This document shows, piece after piece, positions 8,613 through 17,899 of a stretch of 26,627 nucleotides of DNA. The notes beneath the pieces are model-generated. The model was not told the origin of the DNA, did no database searches, and worked only from the letters and a program-made list of their open reading frames with translations. Each line of letters opens with the position of its first letter. Positions within the stretch are counted from its first letter, which is position 1. Source of the DNA: Escherichia phage vB_EcoM-613R2; sequence record ON470591.1, one strand, 5' to 3'. Both the position numbers and the translations under genes were made by a program.

Positions 8613-11397
8613 AACTTAATCTCCGTTGTTGGAACATATGAGCACTCAATTTCTTCTCAAAATCAGAATATCCCGCATCTAATGCTCTTTTAGCTGCCGC
8701 CTCAGTTTCCTTTGGTGAACCAGCCGGAAGATTGATTACAGGTGAATAGGTTATTCCACCAGTCACAGCGTTAACGTTCTGGCGAGGTCCAGAAGTCCCG
8801 GCGGCAGATATCCCGTGAGGTGATAAATTTGATTGCCCGAACTTGCTTGCTATTGCATTCTGTAAGCTGTTATTCCTGCTAACACCTGATGCCAGAGTAG
8901 TCATTATTGCACCACCTGACTTTGTTAGCTGTGAGAATGGACCTTTTTTCGCGTCAGAGAACGGTAAATACTCACGTACAGAAGAAAAAACGCCTTTCAC
9001 TTCATTAATTAAAGCATTTGCTTTTGATTTTATCCCAGTGATTAACGTCTCAATTATTTTTGCGCCTGACTCACTCCAGTTTATTCCAGATAAATAAGTC
9101 GTTACAGATTGGAATGCTCTTATAAAGAGTCCAACTGGTGAAAAACGCATAAAAACAGATACCAGTGTATCTATGATTTTCTTTCCTGTTTCGCTCCAGT
9201 TAATGCCAGAAAGGTAATTTGTTGTAATTTTAAATGCTTTAATTAAGAACGGAAGCGGAGACATCCATTTAAAAGCACTAATTAATGTACTGTAAATTCT
9301 TACACCTGCCGAACTCCAGTTTATGTTGGAAAGATAATCCCATGCTTTACCAAACATAGATATAATCCATCCATTGAGGTCAAAGTTTAAGATAAAGTTT
9401 TTTATAGCCTCAAATGATTTAACTGTATATTCCTTAACAGAAGGCCAAACTCTGACAGCATAATCTCTGATCTTATCCCAATTCTGATAGAGCAATATTC
9501 CTGCGGCAACCAGCGCAGATATAGCCATCTGAATCCACCCGAAGGGTGTTAGCTTTGTCGCTACAGATAAAGCCAGCATAGCTACCCTACACGCTATAAC
9601 CACACTTTTCATGGTTAGAAACGCACCTGCCGCCATCACTATCTGAGACACAAAATTGGGGTTGTTAGCTACAAATTCACTAATTTTTGTAATCAGCGGA
9701 ACCAAAACACTAAGCGCGGCATTCAAAGCAGGTTGCAAGGCCTGACCAAAACTTAATGATGCATTGCTAGCCTGAATACGTAATTGTTTCAATCGCTCCG
9801 CATTATCTTTCGTTATGTTGGCAAAATCGCGGTCAATAACAGCACTTCCAGCTCCAAGAGATGTTGCTTTGATTCTCTGGTATTCCTTCCAGTTTTGAAT
9901 CATCGGACGAACAAAGTTCTGAACCTGCATATCGCCAAATAGTTCACCAAGTAACTTCTGATCTCCGTTCTTAGTCATTTTCATGACAGAATGCATTGCA
10001 GCTTCGAATGGATTCTTCCCTTTTTTCTGCGCTGTTGTAACAATTTTATATAAATCTACACCGAAATTTTTCTTTGCTTTTTTTAGTGTTTCAGGGGAAA
10101 GTATTTTTGCCAAAAAGTTGTTCATATTATTAGCAGCCTCATCCGAAGTTGCAGCCCCCTTGCGAGCTATCTGCAAAGCTGCACCCATCGTCGCGGCTGC
10201 TTCTTTACCTCCCATTTTTAATGCCTGGAACTGAGCACCAAGCACAGGAAGATTTTTGGCCATATCTTTAAATTCAAAGTTCCCCTCTTTCCCTGCCTGA
10301 ACCAGAATCCCCATTGCAGACTTCATTTGAGATGGATCAATCTTCAATGAGTCACTTAATGTAAATGATGCTTTCGAGACATCGAGGATATCAGAGCCAG
10401 TAGCTGTAGCTGTTCGCCCAATAGTTAGTAGATTCGCCTGAGCCTCTTTATAATCCTGCCCAGCAGCTACGAGAAAACCCTGAGCGGCCTGAATATCAGA
10501 TGCAAACTGGTTGGTAGCCGTTCCGGTAACAAGCATCGCCTGCCCCATCGCCTGAACTTCTTCCGGCTTCATATCTGCCGTAAGACCAATCATTTTGTTT
10601 TCACGATTGAAATTTGCTGCATTGTTAGCAGCAGCAAATGCACCAGCCGCTACAGCACCAGTTTGTAATCCTGACCTTACAAGTTGACTCTTTGCCTCAC
10701 CAAGATGCTCTCGCTTCAATTCACGCTGCCTTTCCAACGCGCGGTTTAACTCCTCCTGAGCACGTTTTACTGCAAGAACATTTTTCCGTGCTTCAGCCAA
10801 CGCATTTTTATAGCTGTTAATTTTATCAATACGTTGTTTTTCTAATGCCCGGTTAAGTTCCTCCTGCTGTTTTTTCACTTGCTGAACATTTGCTCTGGCT
10901 AAAGCCAAAGCCGTTCTGTAGCGGTTAACCTGCTCAACGCTACGGGCCTGAGCCTCACGATTACGATCAATGCTGGCTTTAAGCTCTTTCTCTCTTGAGG
11001 CCAAAGCTCTGGCAGATGTATCAGCTCCCTGATAGGCAGACTTTAAAGCGGCCAGTTCTTCACGCTGAGAACGTAGTGATGCTCGTAAATTCGATGAATG
11101 TGTTTTTGCCTTCTCAAAGTCACGAAGCATCGCTCTGGTTGGATTGGCCGTGTTTTTTATTTGCTTCTGTAACTCTTCAACGCGAGCGGCAGCTTTATGA
11201 TATTCGAGGGCAGTCTGTCCAACCTTTACTTTTACAGATTGTAGCTTTTGAATTTCCCCATGTTCTTTCGTTAATCCAGCAAGCTCGGCATTTAATTTAG
11301 CAACAGCCTGATTAGCTGTAGTAAAACTTTTGGGGAGAGAGGCGGCAACTTTGCCGCCAATTTCAAAAGCCAGCTTAAAGTTCTTATTGCTGGCCAT
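8605..11397 (-). CDS. Tail tape measure protein
   Basis: 930 aa, the longest ORF after the chaperone pair. Coiled-coil-type N-terminal region rich in Q/E/K/R/A/L with internal repeats, hydrophobic central segments, and three tandem repeats of about 40 aa near the C-terminal third. Confidence 0.9.
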   Translation of the reverse strand: MASNKNFKLAFEIGGKVAASLPKSFTTANQAVAKLNAELAGLTKEHGEIQKLQSVKVKVGQTALEYHKAAARVEELQKQIKNTANPTRAMLRDFEKAKTHSSNLRASLRSQREELAALKSAYQGADTSARALASREKELKASIDRNREAQARSVEQVNRYRTALALARANVQQVKKQQEELNRALEKQRIDKINSYKNALAEARKNVLAVKRAQEELNRALERQRELKREHLGEAKSQLVRSGLQTGAVAAGAFAAANNAANFNRENKMIGLTADMKPEEVQAMGQAMLVTGTATNQFASDIQAAQGFLVAAGQDYKEAQANLLTIGRTATATGSDILDVSKASFTLSDSLKIDPSQMKSAMGILVQAGKEGNFEFKDMAKNLPVLGAQFQALKMGGKEAAATMGAALQIARKGAATSDEAANNMNNFLAKILSPETLKKAKKNFGVDLYKIVTTAQKKGKNPFEAAMHSVMKMTKNGDQKLLGELFGDMQVQNFVRPMIQNWKEYQRIKATSLGAGSAVIDRDFANITKDNAERLKQLRIQASNASLSFGQALQPALNAALSVLVPLITKISEFVANNPNFVSQIVMAAGAFLTMKSVVIACRVAMLALSVATKLTPFGWIQMAISALVAAGILLYQNWDKIRDYAVRVWPSVKEYTVKSFEAIKNFILNFDLNGWIISMFGKAWDYLSNINWSSAGVRIYSTLISAFKWMSPLPFLIKAFKITTNYLSGINWSETGKKIIDTLVSVFMRFSPVGLFIRAFQSVTTYLSGINWSESGAKIIETLITGIKSKANALINEVKGVFSSVREYLPFSDAKKGPFSQLTKSGGAIMTTLASGVSRNNSLQNAIASKFGQSNLSPHGISAAGTSGPRQNVNAVTGGITYSPVINLPAGSPKETEAAAKRALDAGYSDFEKKLSAHMFQQRRLSFG
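9001..9339 (-). repeat. Three tandem in-frame repeats of about 120 bp within the tape measure gene
   Basis: Protein copies carry the motif YLS.INWS..G..I..TL.S.F...SP.....I.AF, three times in succession. Confidence 0.75.
10714..10926 (-). repeat. Tandem in-frame repeat of about 105 bp (two copies) within the tape measure gene
   Basis: Protein copies (INRYRTALALARANVQQVKKQQEELNRALEKQR versus INSYKNALAEARKNVLAVKRAQEELNRALERQR) are adjacent; the DNA is correspondingly repeated. Confidence 0.75.
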
Positions 11398-11402
11398 TAG
11401 TA

Positions 11403-11833
11403 TTAATCCTCATTAAACACGTCAATCCATGCGACGATTCGCCTCAACCGAAGCGAAAGCCAGTAGGATATAGGTGTTGATTGAGATGATTGAGATAGAG
11501 AACTCGCGGCCCTCATTATTTGCTTATCAATAGGTTTTTGCTCATCAAAACCTACGAGAGCAAAAAATTCTGTACCTTTTGACAAACTTTAACAAAGTCT
11601 TTCGCTGGTAATCCATTCAGATACTCTATTGGACGACCAATACAGCGAGCAGCCAAGGCTGCATGGACTTTATTATCAAGTGATGTTTGAACTGAAACAT
11701 GCCCTTGAGATTGCAGTAAGTCCGATACCTCTAAAATATCACTGCCTTTTAGGTTGTCTAAATCAAGGTTGAGTTCAGTCACTGGCTCAAAGTCTTCAAA
11801 ACGATATTCTTTACTTAATTTAACGGTTTCCAT
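11403..11833 (-). CDS. Frameshift-extended chaperone (P2 E+E'-like / lambda GT-like), made by a -1 ribosomal frameshift
   Basis: The -1 frame opened at the slippery site continues FFALVGFDEQKP... to a TAA at 11403-11405, immediately before the tape measure ATG. The predicted fusion is about 144 aa, close to P2 E+E' (142 aa). Confidence 0.7.
11552..11833 (-). CDS. Tail assembly chaperone (P2 gpE-like / lambda gpG analogue)
   Basis: 93 aa ORF between the tube and tape measure genes. It ends ...CAG AAT TTT TTG CTC TCG TAG, which places a T_TTT_TTG slippery heptamer a few codons before the stop. Confidence 0.8.
   Translation of the reverse strand: METVKLSKEYRFEDFEPVTELNLDLDNLKGSDILEVSDLLQSQGHVSVQTSLDNKVHAALAARCIGRPIEYLNGLPAKDFVKVCQKVQNFLLS
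11561..11567 (-). other. Programmed -1 frameshift slippery heptamer T_TTT_TTG
   Basis: Plus-strand CAAAAAA at 11561-11567 is TTTTTTG on the coding strand, in the X_XXY_YYZ register of the chaperone frame. This is the same heptamer class used by P2 E/E'. Confidence 0.7.
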
Positions 11834-11842
11834 TTTTTCACC

Positions 11843-12364
11843 TTATAAACCTAAATCATCACGAACAGTTTTTAATATATCTTCGCCATCAAAGATACAA
11901 ATAAAGTTCAACTTATCAATTTCTAAGACTTCTTTCCCATCAATAAATAATTTGATATAGAGAACTTCGAATTCATTTTCTGAATCAGTGGCCTTTGCTA
12001 CCTGTAGCGAACCTAAATCCAGTTTTTTAGGGTTTAGCTTCATTGAAGCCCGAATAGGAACCGTTTTATATTTTCCTGTTCCTGCATCATAAACCTGCTG
12101 GCTACCGCGAAAATCTACCTGATGCGATGAGGATAGAAATAATTTTGTACCAGCAGAGGTCAGAGTTCGCCATTTAAGAGAGACAGTCATTGGTTTGAAA
12201 TGCCCCAGCGTTCCGCTCTCAAGCTCTCCAGCGATACCTGCACCACTAACAGTTTCTGTCATCATCTCAATTGATGGCAGCTTTGCGTCAGCAACACCGA
12301 TAATACGGTTTCCTTCACCGTATACTGTAAAGTTAATAAGTCTCTCAGGAATTTGATTGCTCAA
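11843..12364 (-). CDS. Major tail tube protein (P2 FII family)
   Basis: 173 aa. TTG start at 12364 with a strong AGGAGGT Shine-Dalgarno 4-5 nt upstream. Directly downstream of the sheath gene and upstream of the chaperone pair, the canonical contractile-tail order. Confidence 0.85.
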   Translation of the reverse strand: MSNQIPERLINFTVYGEGNRIIGVADAKLPSIEMMTETVSGAGIAGELESGTLGHFKPMTVSLKWRTLTSAGTKLFLSSSHQVDFRGSQQVYDAGTGKYKTVPIRASMKLNPKKLDLGSLQVAKATDSENEFEVLYIKLFIDGKEVLEIDKLNFICIFDGEDILKTVRDDLGL

Positions 12365-12380
12365 AGCAACCTCCTATTAT

Positions 12381-13844
12381 TTATTCAGAAAACAAGTTCA
12401 GCAGATAATCAGGATTATATTCCATGACGAACTCTATATCTCTGGCAGGTGAGAATGGTGTCATTTTCACATGGAATTTAACAATCCCGTCCATCAATGA
12501 CGTAATCGTGTTTTCAGACTGATCAAAGGTAACAACACCACCTGCAATATCCTGATTACCAGTGAGGCCGTTAAGCCAAATATTCGCACTAGTAACAATC
12601 GATTCAATTAATCGACGGTTTGCAGGATTGTCTATTTTTGACCAATGCGAAAGAATTAACGTATTACCCACCCAGTTAAACATACGTCGGCAAACACGAA
12701 ATGCGTCTTTGGGGTCTGTAGATGTTGGATAAATAGCATTACGGTTTCCCCATGATTTCCAACCATCAAAATTAAGGCTTGTTACAATCCCCTGTCCATT
12801 TAAGTAGTTTGCCTGGCTAATGTTAAGCCATACCTCACTGCCATCTTTACGTACAGCACCGTCCATCTGTAGTTTTATATTTGACGGAGAACGTGATGGA
12901 ATATCACCATACTGACTATCCAGCAAGCATGTTGCTGCCGCTAAATGGGTTGAGTGATGGTAAATATTGTCACCAAGTTTCACCATCGGCCAGCACACTG
13001 TCTGGTTAGCTGCCATATGATTATTGTTCTGCTTCCATTCAGGAACAGCAGAATAATCACTGATAGTAGATTTATCAGTCGGCGCATCGGTGATAGCTTC
13101 TGCTTTGAACAATTCACTAATCAGCGCAGCTTTAGCCGCCATTAGCTGGCCAACTTCACTATCAGAACTAAATCCAGGCGCAATCACTTGTCCTGGAACT
13201 AGTTTGAAGCGGGGATAAACATCCGACAGTAACTCAAGCCCCGTATTCGCTTTAGTGTTGGAATCCACGCCACCAATAATATCGTTTTTAGTTACAGCCC
13301 CGGGATCAAGATACGTATAACTAACCTTAAGAGTGGCGTCTTTTTCAGTAACTTTTCCTCCGCTAATAGCGGTAATGACCGTATAGCCATTATCATCCAG
13401 CGCCAGTACATAATCTGTATCAACCGTTAACCCTGGAGAATCACCATCTGCTTTTTTCACAACAACAGATTTATATAAGACACCATCGTTAGAGAGCGTA
13501 CCTTTCCCGCCAGAAAGTTTTACTACCTCATCAGTTACGTCTTTCTTATGCTTTGCTGGATCAAGCACATTGATAAATACAACTGGCGCAACACCATATA
13601 TTCCAAATGCGACTTTAATTACTTCGCTTAAAGTATATTTCTCGAAGTTTGTGCTATATCCTATTTTAGATACGGCCTCTGCGTATGTATAAGCAATGAT
13701 AGGTTTATTTACCGCTGAGGCTGGATCTTCTAACTGATTAACAGGAGCTGTACCAAATGCGACAATCAACCCAGCACTAACTTGTACTGGAGGAGTTATA
13801 GATGTAGCCAGCTCAGATATATAAATACCGTGGCGATATCCCAT
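12381..13844 (-). CDS. Tail sheath protein (P2 FI family)
   Basis: 487 aa. ATG at 13844 overlaps the upstream stop (TAATG). Size and position immediately upstream of the tube gene fit a contractile sheath. Confidence 0.85.
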   Translation of the reverse strand: MGYRHGIYISELATSITPPVQVSAGLIVAFGTAPVNQLEDPASAVNKPIIAYTYAEAVSKIGYSTNFEKYTLSEVIKVAFGIYGVAPVVFINVLDPAKHKKDVTDEVVKLSGGKGTLSNDGVLYKSVVVKKADGDSPGLTVDTDYVLALDDNGYTVITAISGGKVTEKDATLKVSYTYLDPGAVTKNDIIGGVDSNTKANTGLELLSDVYPRFKLVPGQVIAPGFSSDSEVGQLMAAKAALISELFKAEAITDAPTDKSTISDYSAVPEWKQNNNHMAANQTVCWPMVKLGDNIYHHSTHLAAATCLLDSQYGDIPSRSPSNIKLQMDGAVRKDGSEVWLNISQANYLNGQGIVTSLNFDGWKSWGNRNAIYPTSTDPKDAFRVCRRMFNWVGNTLILSHWSKIDNPANRRLIESIVTSANIWLNGLTGNQDIAGGVVTFDQSENTITSLMDGIVKFHVKMTPFSPARDIEFVMEYNPDYLLNLFSE

Positions 13845-14134
13845 TATTTAATCTCCATGATAGAAGAAGAAACTCTAGAGTACATTACATACTCGACACT
13901 GGTTTTATCAGAAAGTCTTTTTTCTGCATCTGAAAAATCACTGGTTGCCACAAACAAACACTTTGCACCAGGAATATGTGATATTAATTTTTCACACTCT
14001 GGAGATAAGCCATTCTTAAATAGTTTATGCTTCAAAATTGAGAGTTGAGGGATTGTTGGCCCTATATATACAAATGTTTGAGCAACATCTTCCTTCTTTT
14101 CTATATCTTCTTTACTACTTTTCTTATTAGCCAT
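13844..14134 (-). CDS. Hypothetical small protein (96 aa) in a markedly AT-rich segment
   Basis: ATG start; stop/start junctions on both sides (TAAATG, TAATG), so it is embedded in the operon. Lys/Glu/Ser-rich N-terminus. No motif recognised. Confidence 0.5.
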   Translation of the reverse strand: MANKKSSKEDIEKKEDVAQTFVYIGPTIPQLSILKHKLFKNGLSPECEKLISHIPGAKCLFVATSDFSDAEKRLSDKTSVEYVMYSRVSSSIMEIK

Positions 14135-14620
14135 TTAGATAAACTCCTGAGACTGAATATTCTGAGGCTTTAATACTAGCCACGTTCCAGTTGCTTCCGT
14201 TATCCAATATGGATATGGTTGATCATCAAACATTCGCCATCTGATATCACCCTGAAAGAGAAATTTCTCTTCAAGTAAAGGCTTCTCCTGAAAATGAAAC
14301 ATCATCCTTTCAAGAAGAGCCATTACCCATTCATATCCAGTATGGTCCTCACAAAAACCACCTAGAAGAAACTTAACCTTAACTTCATCCGTTTCAGGCT
14401 GCATTCCTCCTTCCGTGGGCCTGATAATCACATGAGGAAATTCTGGCGGTTTATCTGGAGATGGTTGTGATTTAGGAGGCAAGTACCCTTTAAATATTGT
14501 TGGAACAAACAATTTAATATCGCTGTCTGTTTCATCATAAGGAGGCCCCTGCACTAATAAATCATGGAAAACCTCATGTTCCAACCGATTTTTTATTGCA
14601 TCTATCAAAAGATTAATCAA
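14135..14620 (-). CDS. Hypothetical virion protein, putative tail completion/neck protein
   Basis: 161 aa. TTG start overlapping the upstream stop (TTGA), with a GAGGA Shine-Dalgarno. Lies between the head-tail joining gene and the sheath; function inferred from position only. Confidence 0.5.
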   Translation of the reverse strand: MINLLIDAIKNRLEHEVFHDLLVQGPPYDETDSDIKLFVPTIFKGYLPPKSQPSPDKPPEFPHVIIRPTEGGMQPETDEVKVKFLLGGFCEDHTGYEWVMALLERMMFHFQEKPLLEEKFLFQGDIRWRMFDDQPYPYWITEATGTWLVLKPQNIQSQEFI

Positions 14621-14961
14621 ATCGGCATTCCTCTGTTAGTATTAACAGTGAGAGTTATTTCCAATACACCAACATTATCTGATACTTCATCAACAATATA
14701 ATTTTTACCGTTGATTTTCATTGACTGGTCTTTGACAGGGAGAACAGGAAAATCTTTTCTTGAAACAAATAATATTATTTGCCCCTGATTTATTCCCTCT
14801 GCAAACTCAGCATATGAGCGTTTATTCCGCTCATGAATAAGGTCTGTATCAATAACGGCAAGGATATCCTTGCCGTCTATGTTATATGTATCGGCAAACT
14901 CTTTTTCATTGAGGAATATTGCAGAAATATCTTGCGCTATAACCTCTTTGAAGGAGTTCAT
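14617..14961 (-). CDS. Head-tail joining protein, lambda gpFII-like
   Basis: 114 aa, close to the size of lambda FII (117 aa), with loosely similar N- and C-terminal segments. ATG overlaps the upstream stop (TAATG). Downstream of the capsid gene. Confidence 0.55.
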   Translation of the reverse strand: MNSFKEVIAQDISAIFLNEKEFADTYNIDGKDILAVIDTDLIHERNKRSYAEFAEGINQGQIILFVSRKDFPVLPVKDQSMKINGKNYIVDEVSDNVGVLEITLTVNTNRGMPI

Positions 14962-15353
14962 TACTTCTTATTACCTTTTTTTTGCGTTGATTTTTTCGCA
15001 TTACTGGTATCAGAAGTAGCTACAGATTCAGATGAATCATCAGCAACCATTTCCTCATTGCCGCCATCATCCTCAAACTCAACCTCGAATACACAGCTAC
15101 CCGCCTCCGTTCGCGTAATCAACCCCGCGTCCACAGCATCATTAACAGCAGATGCGTATCCATGCTCAAAAGCTAACTTAGCAGCATCATAGCCCCCAGC
15201 CGATGCCAAATCACCATCCTCTTCGGTGGCAATAGCATGTCCTGACGCAATCAGTTCGGCAATTCTGGAGTTATCCATTAGCCCATTAAGCAAACGGCCC
15301 GCTTTTAGCGAGCCGTGGCTTATCGTATCAATGTTTTTAATCAGTCTGGCCAT
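14961..15353 (-). CDS. Hypothetical head-associated protein with an acidic C-terminal half (lambda FI-like position)
   Basis: 130 aa immediately downstream of the major capsid gene. C-terminal half rich in D/E/S. Similar in size to lambda FI (132 aa) but no clear sequence similarity seen. Confidence 0.5.
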   Translation of the reverse strand: MARLIKNIDTISHGSLKAGRLLNGLMDNSRIAELIASGHAIATEEDGDLASAGGYDAAKLAFEHGYASAVNDAVDAGLITRTEAGSCVFEVEFEDDGGNEEMVADDSSESVATSDTSNAKKSTQKKGNKK

Positions 15354-16397
15354 TTAAACCACCTTAGCCACCAGATAGGCATCAGCCACACCAGGATTAG
15401 GCAGTGGAGATGACTTCATGGCAACATAACGGCCAGCCGGCTTACGAGTTACCCAGGTGTCTGGAACTCGTGGTGACTCAACAATCGTTAGAGTCTTTTC
15501 GGCGTCATCTACAAGCTCTACAGCACCATACAGCATCGTTCCTCGACCAGGAGAGCCAAAGAGGATCTTATCTTCCGGTACTAATGGTTCAGGTTTTCCT
15601 GTTTTATCATTGCGAATAAGTTCGTCGTAACCATAAAAATCGACACCTTCAAGATTGCCATAATGAGTTACGCCTTCTTCTAACTCTTTAGGCTCAATAT
15701 ACCCAAGCTCTTTTCGGCGATTATCAAGATATTTAGTTACTGCTTCATTTTTAACGAAGGCATCAACAACTTTTGCGCCCATTACGGCAACACGAGGTGT
15801 AAAACCTGAAGTTAGTGATACCCGACGTTTCCAGTTGCGAACATTGACTAACGGATCTGATTTTGCTGCACTCCATAAATCATCACCTGTCAGTTCAAGA
15901 TATGGTTTATCTCCTTCCTCTTCAGGCCAAAAATAAACTGTGTCATCCACTCCTTCACCAACAATATCAACCTGCCCCGTAAACAAGACTTGTGCACACA
16001 TCCATTCTTCACGGCGGTTAACCATTTCATCAAGCTCAAGCAAATCTTTACCTAATTGCTCGGCGGCTCGTTCTGCTGGCGATTTTGCGTTGTAAATATT
16101 CTCACCCGGAAGCCTGTTTAAAAGCAGCTCGGCTGTTGTTACCAAATCAGGTGCAACAAGTGGTGGCTCCAGAGTTCTCGTTACAAAGCCGCGTCGCTCA
16201 ACGGTTTTTGAGCCAAAACCTTTACCAACAAACGGAGCCATAGTACGGCCACCGCGAACAAAATCCAGATCAACTTTCTTTGTATTAAAGGTCTGAACAC
16301 CAGGAAAAAAGGTACGAAGAAGAAAACGACGAGCCTTGAAATTCTGAATAACAGGCTCAAGCATCGTACGTCGTTCAAAAATATCAATATTCGGCAT
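15354..16397 (-). CDS. Major capsid protein (lambda gpE family)
   Basis: 347 aa, close to lambda E (341 aa). Follows a decoration-protein gene as in lambda D-E. ATG start. Confidence 0.85.
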   Translation of the reverse strand: MPNIDIFERRTMLEPVIQNFKARRFLLRTFFPGVQTFNTKKVDLDFVRGGRTMAPFVGKGFGSKTVERRGFVTRTLEPPLVAPDLVTTAELLLNRLPGENIYNAKSPAERAAEQLGKDLLELDEMVNRREEWMCAQVLFTGQVDIVGEGVDDTVYFWPEEEGDKPYLELTGDDLWSAAKSDPLVNVRNWKRRVSLTSGFTPRVAVMGAKVVDAFVKNEAVTKYLDNRRKELGYIEPKELEEGVTHYGNLEGVDFYGYDELIRNDKTGKPEPLVPEDKILFGSPGRGTMLYGAVELVDDAEKTLTIVESPRVPDTWVTRKPAGRYVAMKSSPLPNPGVADAYLVAKVV

Positions 16398-16417
16398 AAA
16401 AATACGACCTCTTTATA

Positions 16418-16801
16418 TTATGCAGATGGATTTTGTTGTGCGGTATTAAGGAATATTCCAACCTTCCGGCAAGCCAGATATACATCGGCAACTTTTGCTG
16501 ATTCAGGAAGGATAACCGCATGTGCATTGAACATTCCGGTCAGCCATGCTGTTCCGACTTGCGCTGAATCAGTCGCATCAATATTGTGTTGAGCGATACA
16601 ATACGGTTCTTTTGCCTCCCCTTCACCAGAGAGATTTATTGGCGCCACAGTGACAACATTTGTTTTCTGATCAATACTGACAAAAGCAAGTAGCTCACCC
16701 CGTTTTACTTTACCGCTGGCAAGTTTAATACTTGTTGGAATTGCTGGCATACCACCAGAAATAATCAGATTATCTGGTTCAAATGAAAAAGACTCTCGCA
16801 T
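16418..16801 (-). CDS. Head decoration protein (lambda gpD family)
   Basis: 127 aa, the size class of lambda gpD, positioned between the protease/scaffold and major capsid genes. Confidence 0.8.
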   Translation of the reverse strand: MRESFSFEPDNLIISGGMPAIPTSIKLASGKVKRGELLAFVSIDQKTNVVTVAPINLSGEGEAKEPYCIAQHNIDATDSAQVGTAWLTGMFNAHAVILPESAKVADVYLACRKVGIFLNTAQQNPSA

Positions 16802-16810
16802 AAACTCACC

Positions 16811-17899
16811 TTAATTTTTATCGCGGTTTTTAAATACTGACCCAATAACATTTTTTACTGCTTCAGCCTGTTTGTTGCCGTTGTTTTCTGGTTGATTAAC
16901 ATCAACTGAATCATTCACCTCACTTGCGTCTTCTTGCCGTTGATTAAGAAAGTTTTTGTTACGCGCTCGCTCTGCATTCATAATTTCCAAAGCAAGTTCA
17001 GCCGCAGAAACTCCTGTTTTGAATTTTGCATTCTTAACCAGGTCGTCATGACCAGGAATCACGCTATTCTCGATTGTTTCAATGCGCTCGCGTTCTGATT
17101 TAACGCCCTCGTCTTTACCAGCATTAAAAACCTGATTGTATAATTCTGGATATTTATTTTTTAATTCATCAAGAGTCACAATATCGTCCTCATTTTGTTC
17201 ATTTGATTCAGTAGATAACTCATTTTTATTTTGCGGCAACTTTGCGAGTGAATCAGGTAATTTTGAAAACCTTGATGCTTCAAAAGTTATTCCATTAAGC
17301 GAAAGCATCCCTTCCTTTATAGAAGCGGATAAGCGTATTGGTTTTTCAACTTCGTCAGCAAATCCAAGCTCTACAGCCTCTTCTGCATTTAGCCATGTTT
17401 CCTGATCCATTAGTTCAATTAATTTATCCTCAGAAAGCCCTGTTTTCTCCTTATATGCAGATAAAATACTATTGCGTATCTTATCCATCATCTCAGCAAT
17501 ATCACGCAATTCATCCGCATCGCCAGCAGCAAATGTCCACGGATTATGGATCATCATCATAGAATTAGATGGGATAATAATTTTATCACCCGCCATTGCA
17601 ATAATAGTTGCAGCCGATGCAGCAATCCCGTCGATATAAACCGTAATATTCGCCTTATGACGCTTTAATGATGAAAGAATAGCTTGAGCAGTAAAAACAG
17701 AACCACCATAACTATTAATTTTTACGTTGATAGTATTTGATGAAATATCCTTTAATTTATTAACTATGTCAGAAGAAGAAACCTCATCAAATTCACCAAT
17801 ATACCCGTAAATTAAAAGCTCAGCCGGAGAGTCATCTTCACCCGTGCTATTTTTTATTTCCCACCAATTAGGCATCATCAGTCTCCATATTTTGTTCAT
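16811..17899 (-). CDS. Prohead protease, ClpP-like, with a C-terminal scaffold-like region
   Basis: The N-terminal 190 aa contain a ClpP-like core (INSYGGSVFTA ... DGIAASAATIIAMAGDK ... SNSMMMIHNP). The C-terminal about 160 aa are acidic and helical-looking. The true start may be the ATG at 17878 (M8), which has a GGAG Shine-Dalgarno and avoids a 32 bp overlap with the portal gene. Confidence 0.85.
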   Translation of the reverse strand: MNKIWRLMMPNWWEIKNSTGEDDSPAELLIYGYIGEFDEVSSSDIVNKLKDISSNTINVKINSYGGSVFTAQAILSSLKRHKANITVYIDGIAASAATIIAMAGDKIIIPSNSMMMIHNPWTFAAGDADELRDIAEMMDKIRNSILSAYKEKTGLSEDKLIELMDQETWLNAEEAVELGFADEVEKPIRLSASIKEGMLSLNGITFEASRFSKLPDSLAKLPQNKNELSTESNEQNEDDIVTLDELKNKYPELYNQVFNAGKDEGVKSERERIETIENSVIPGHDDLVKNAKFKTGVSAAELALEIMNAERARNKNFLNQRQEDASEVNDSVDVNQPENNGNKQAEAVKNVIGSVFKNRDKN

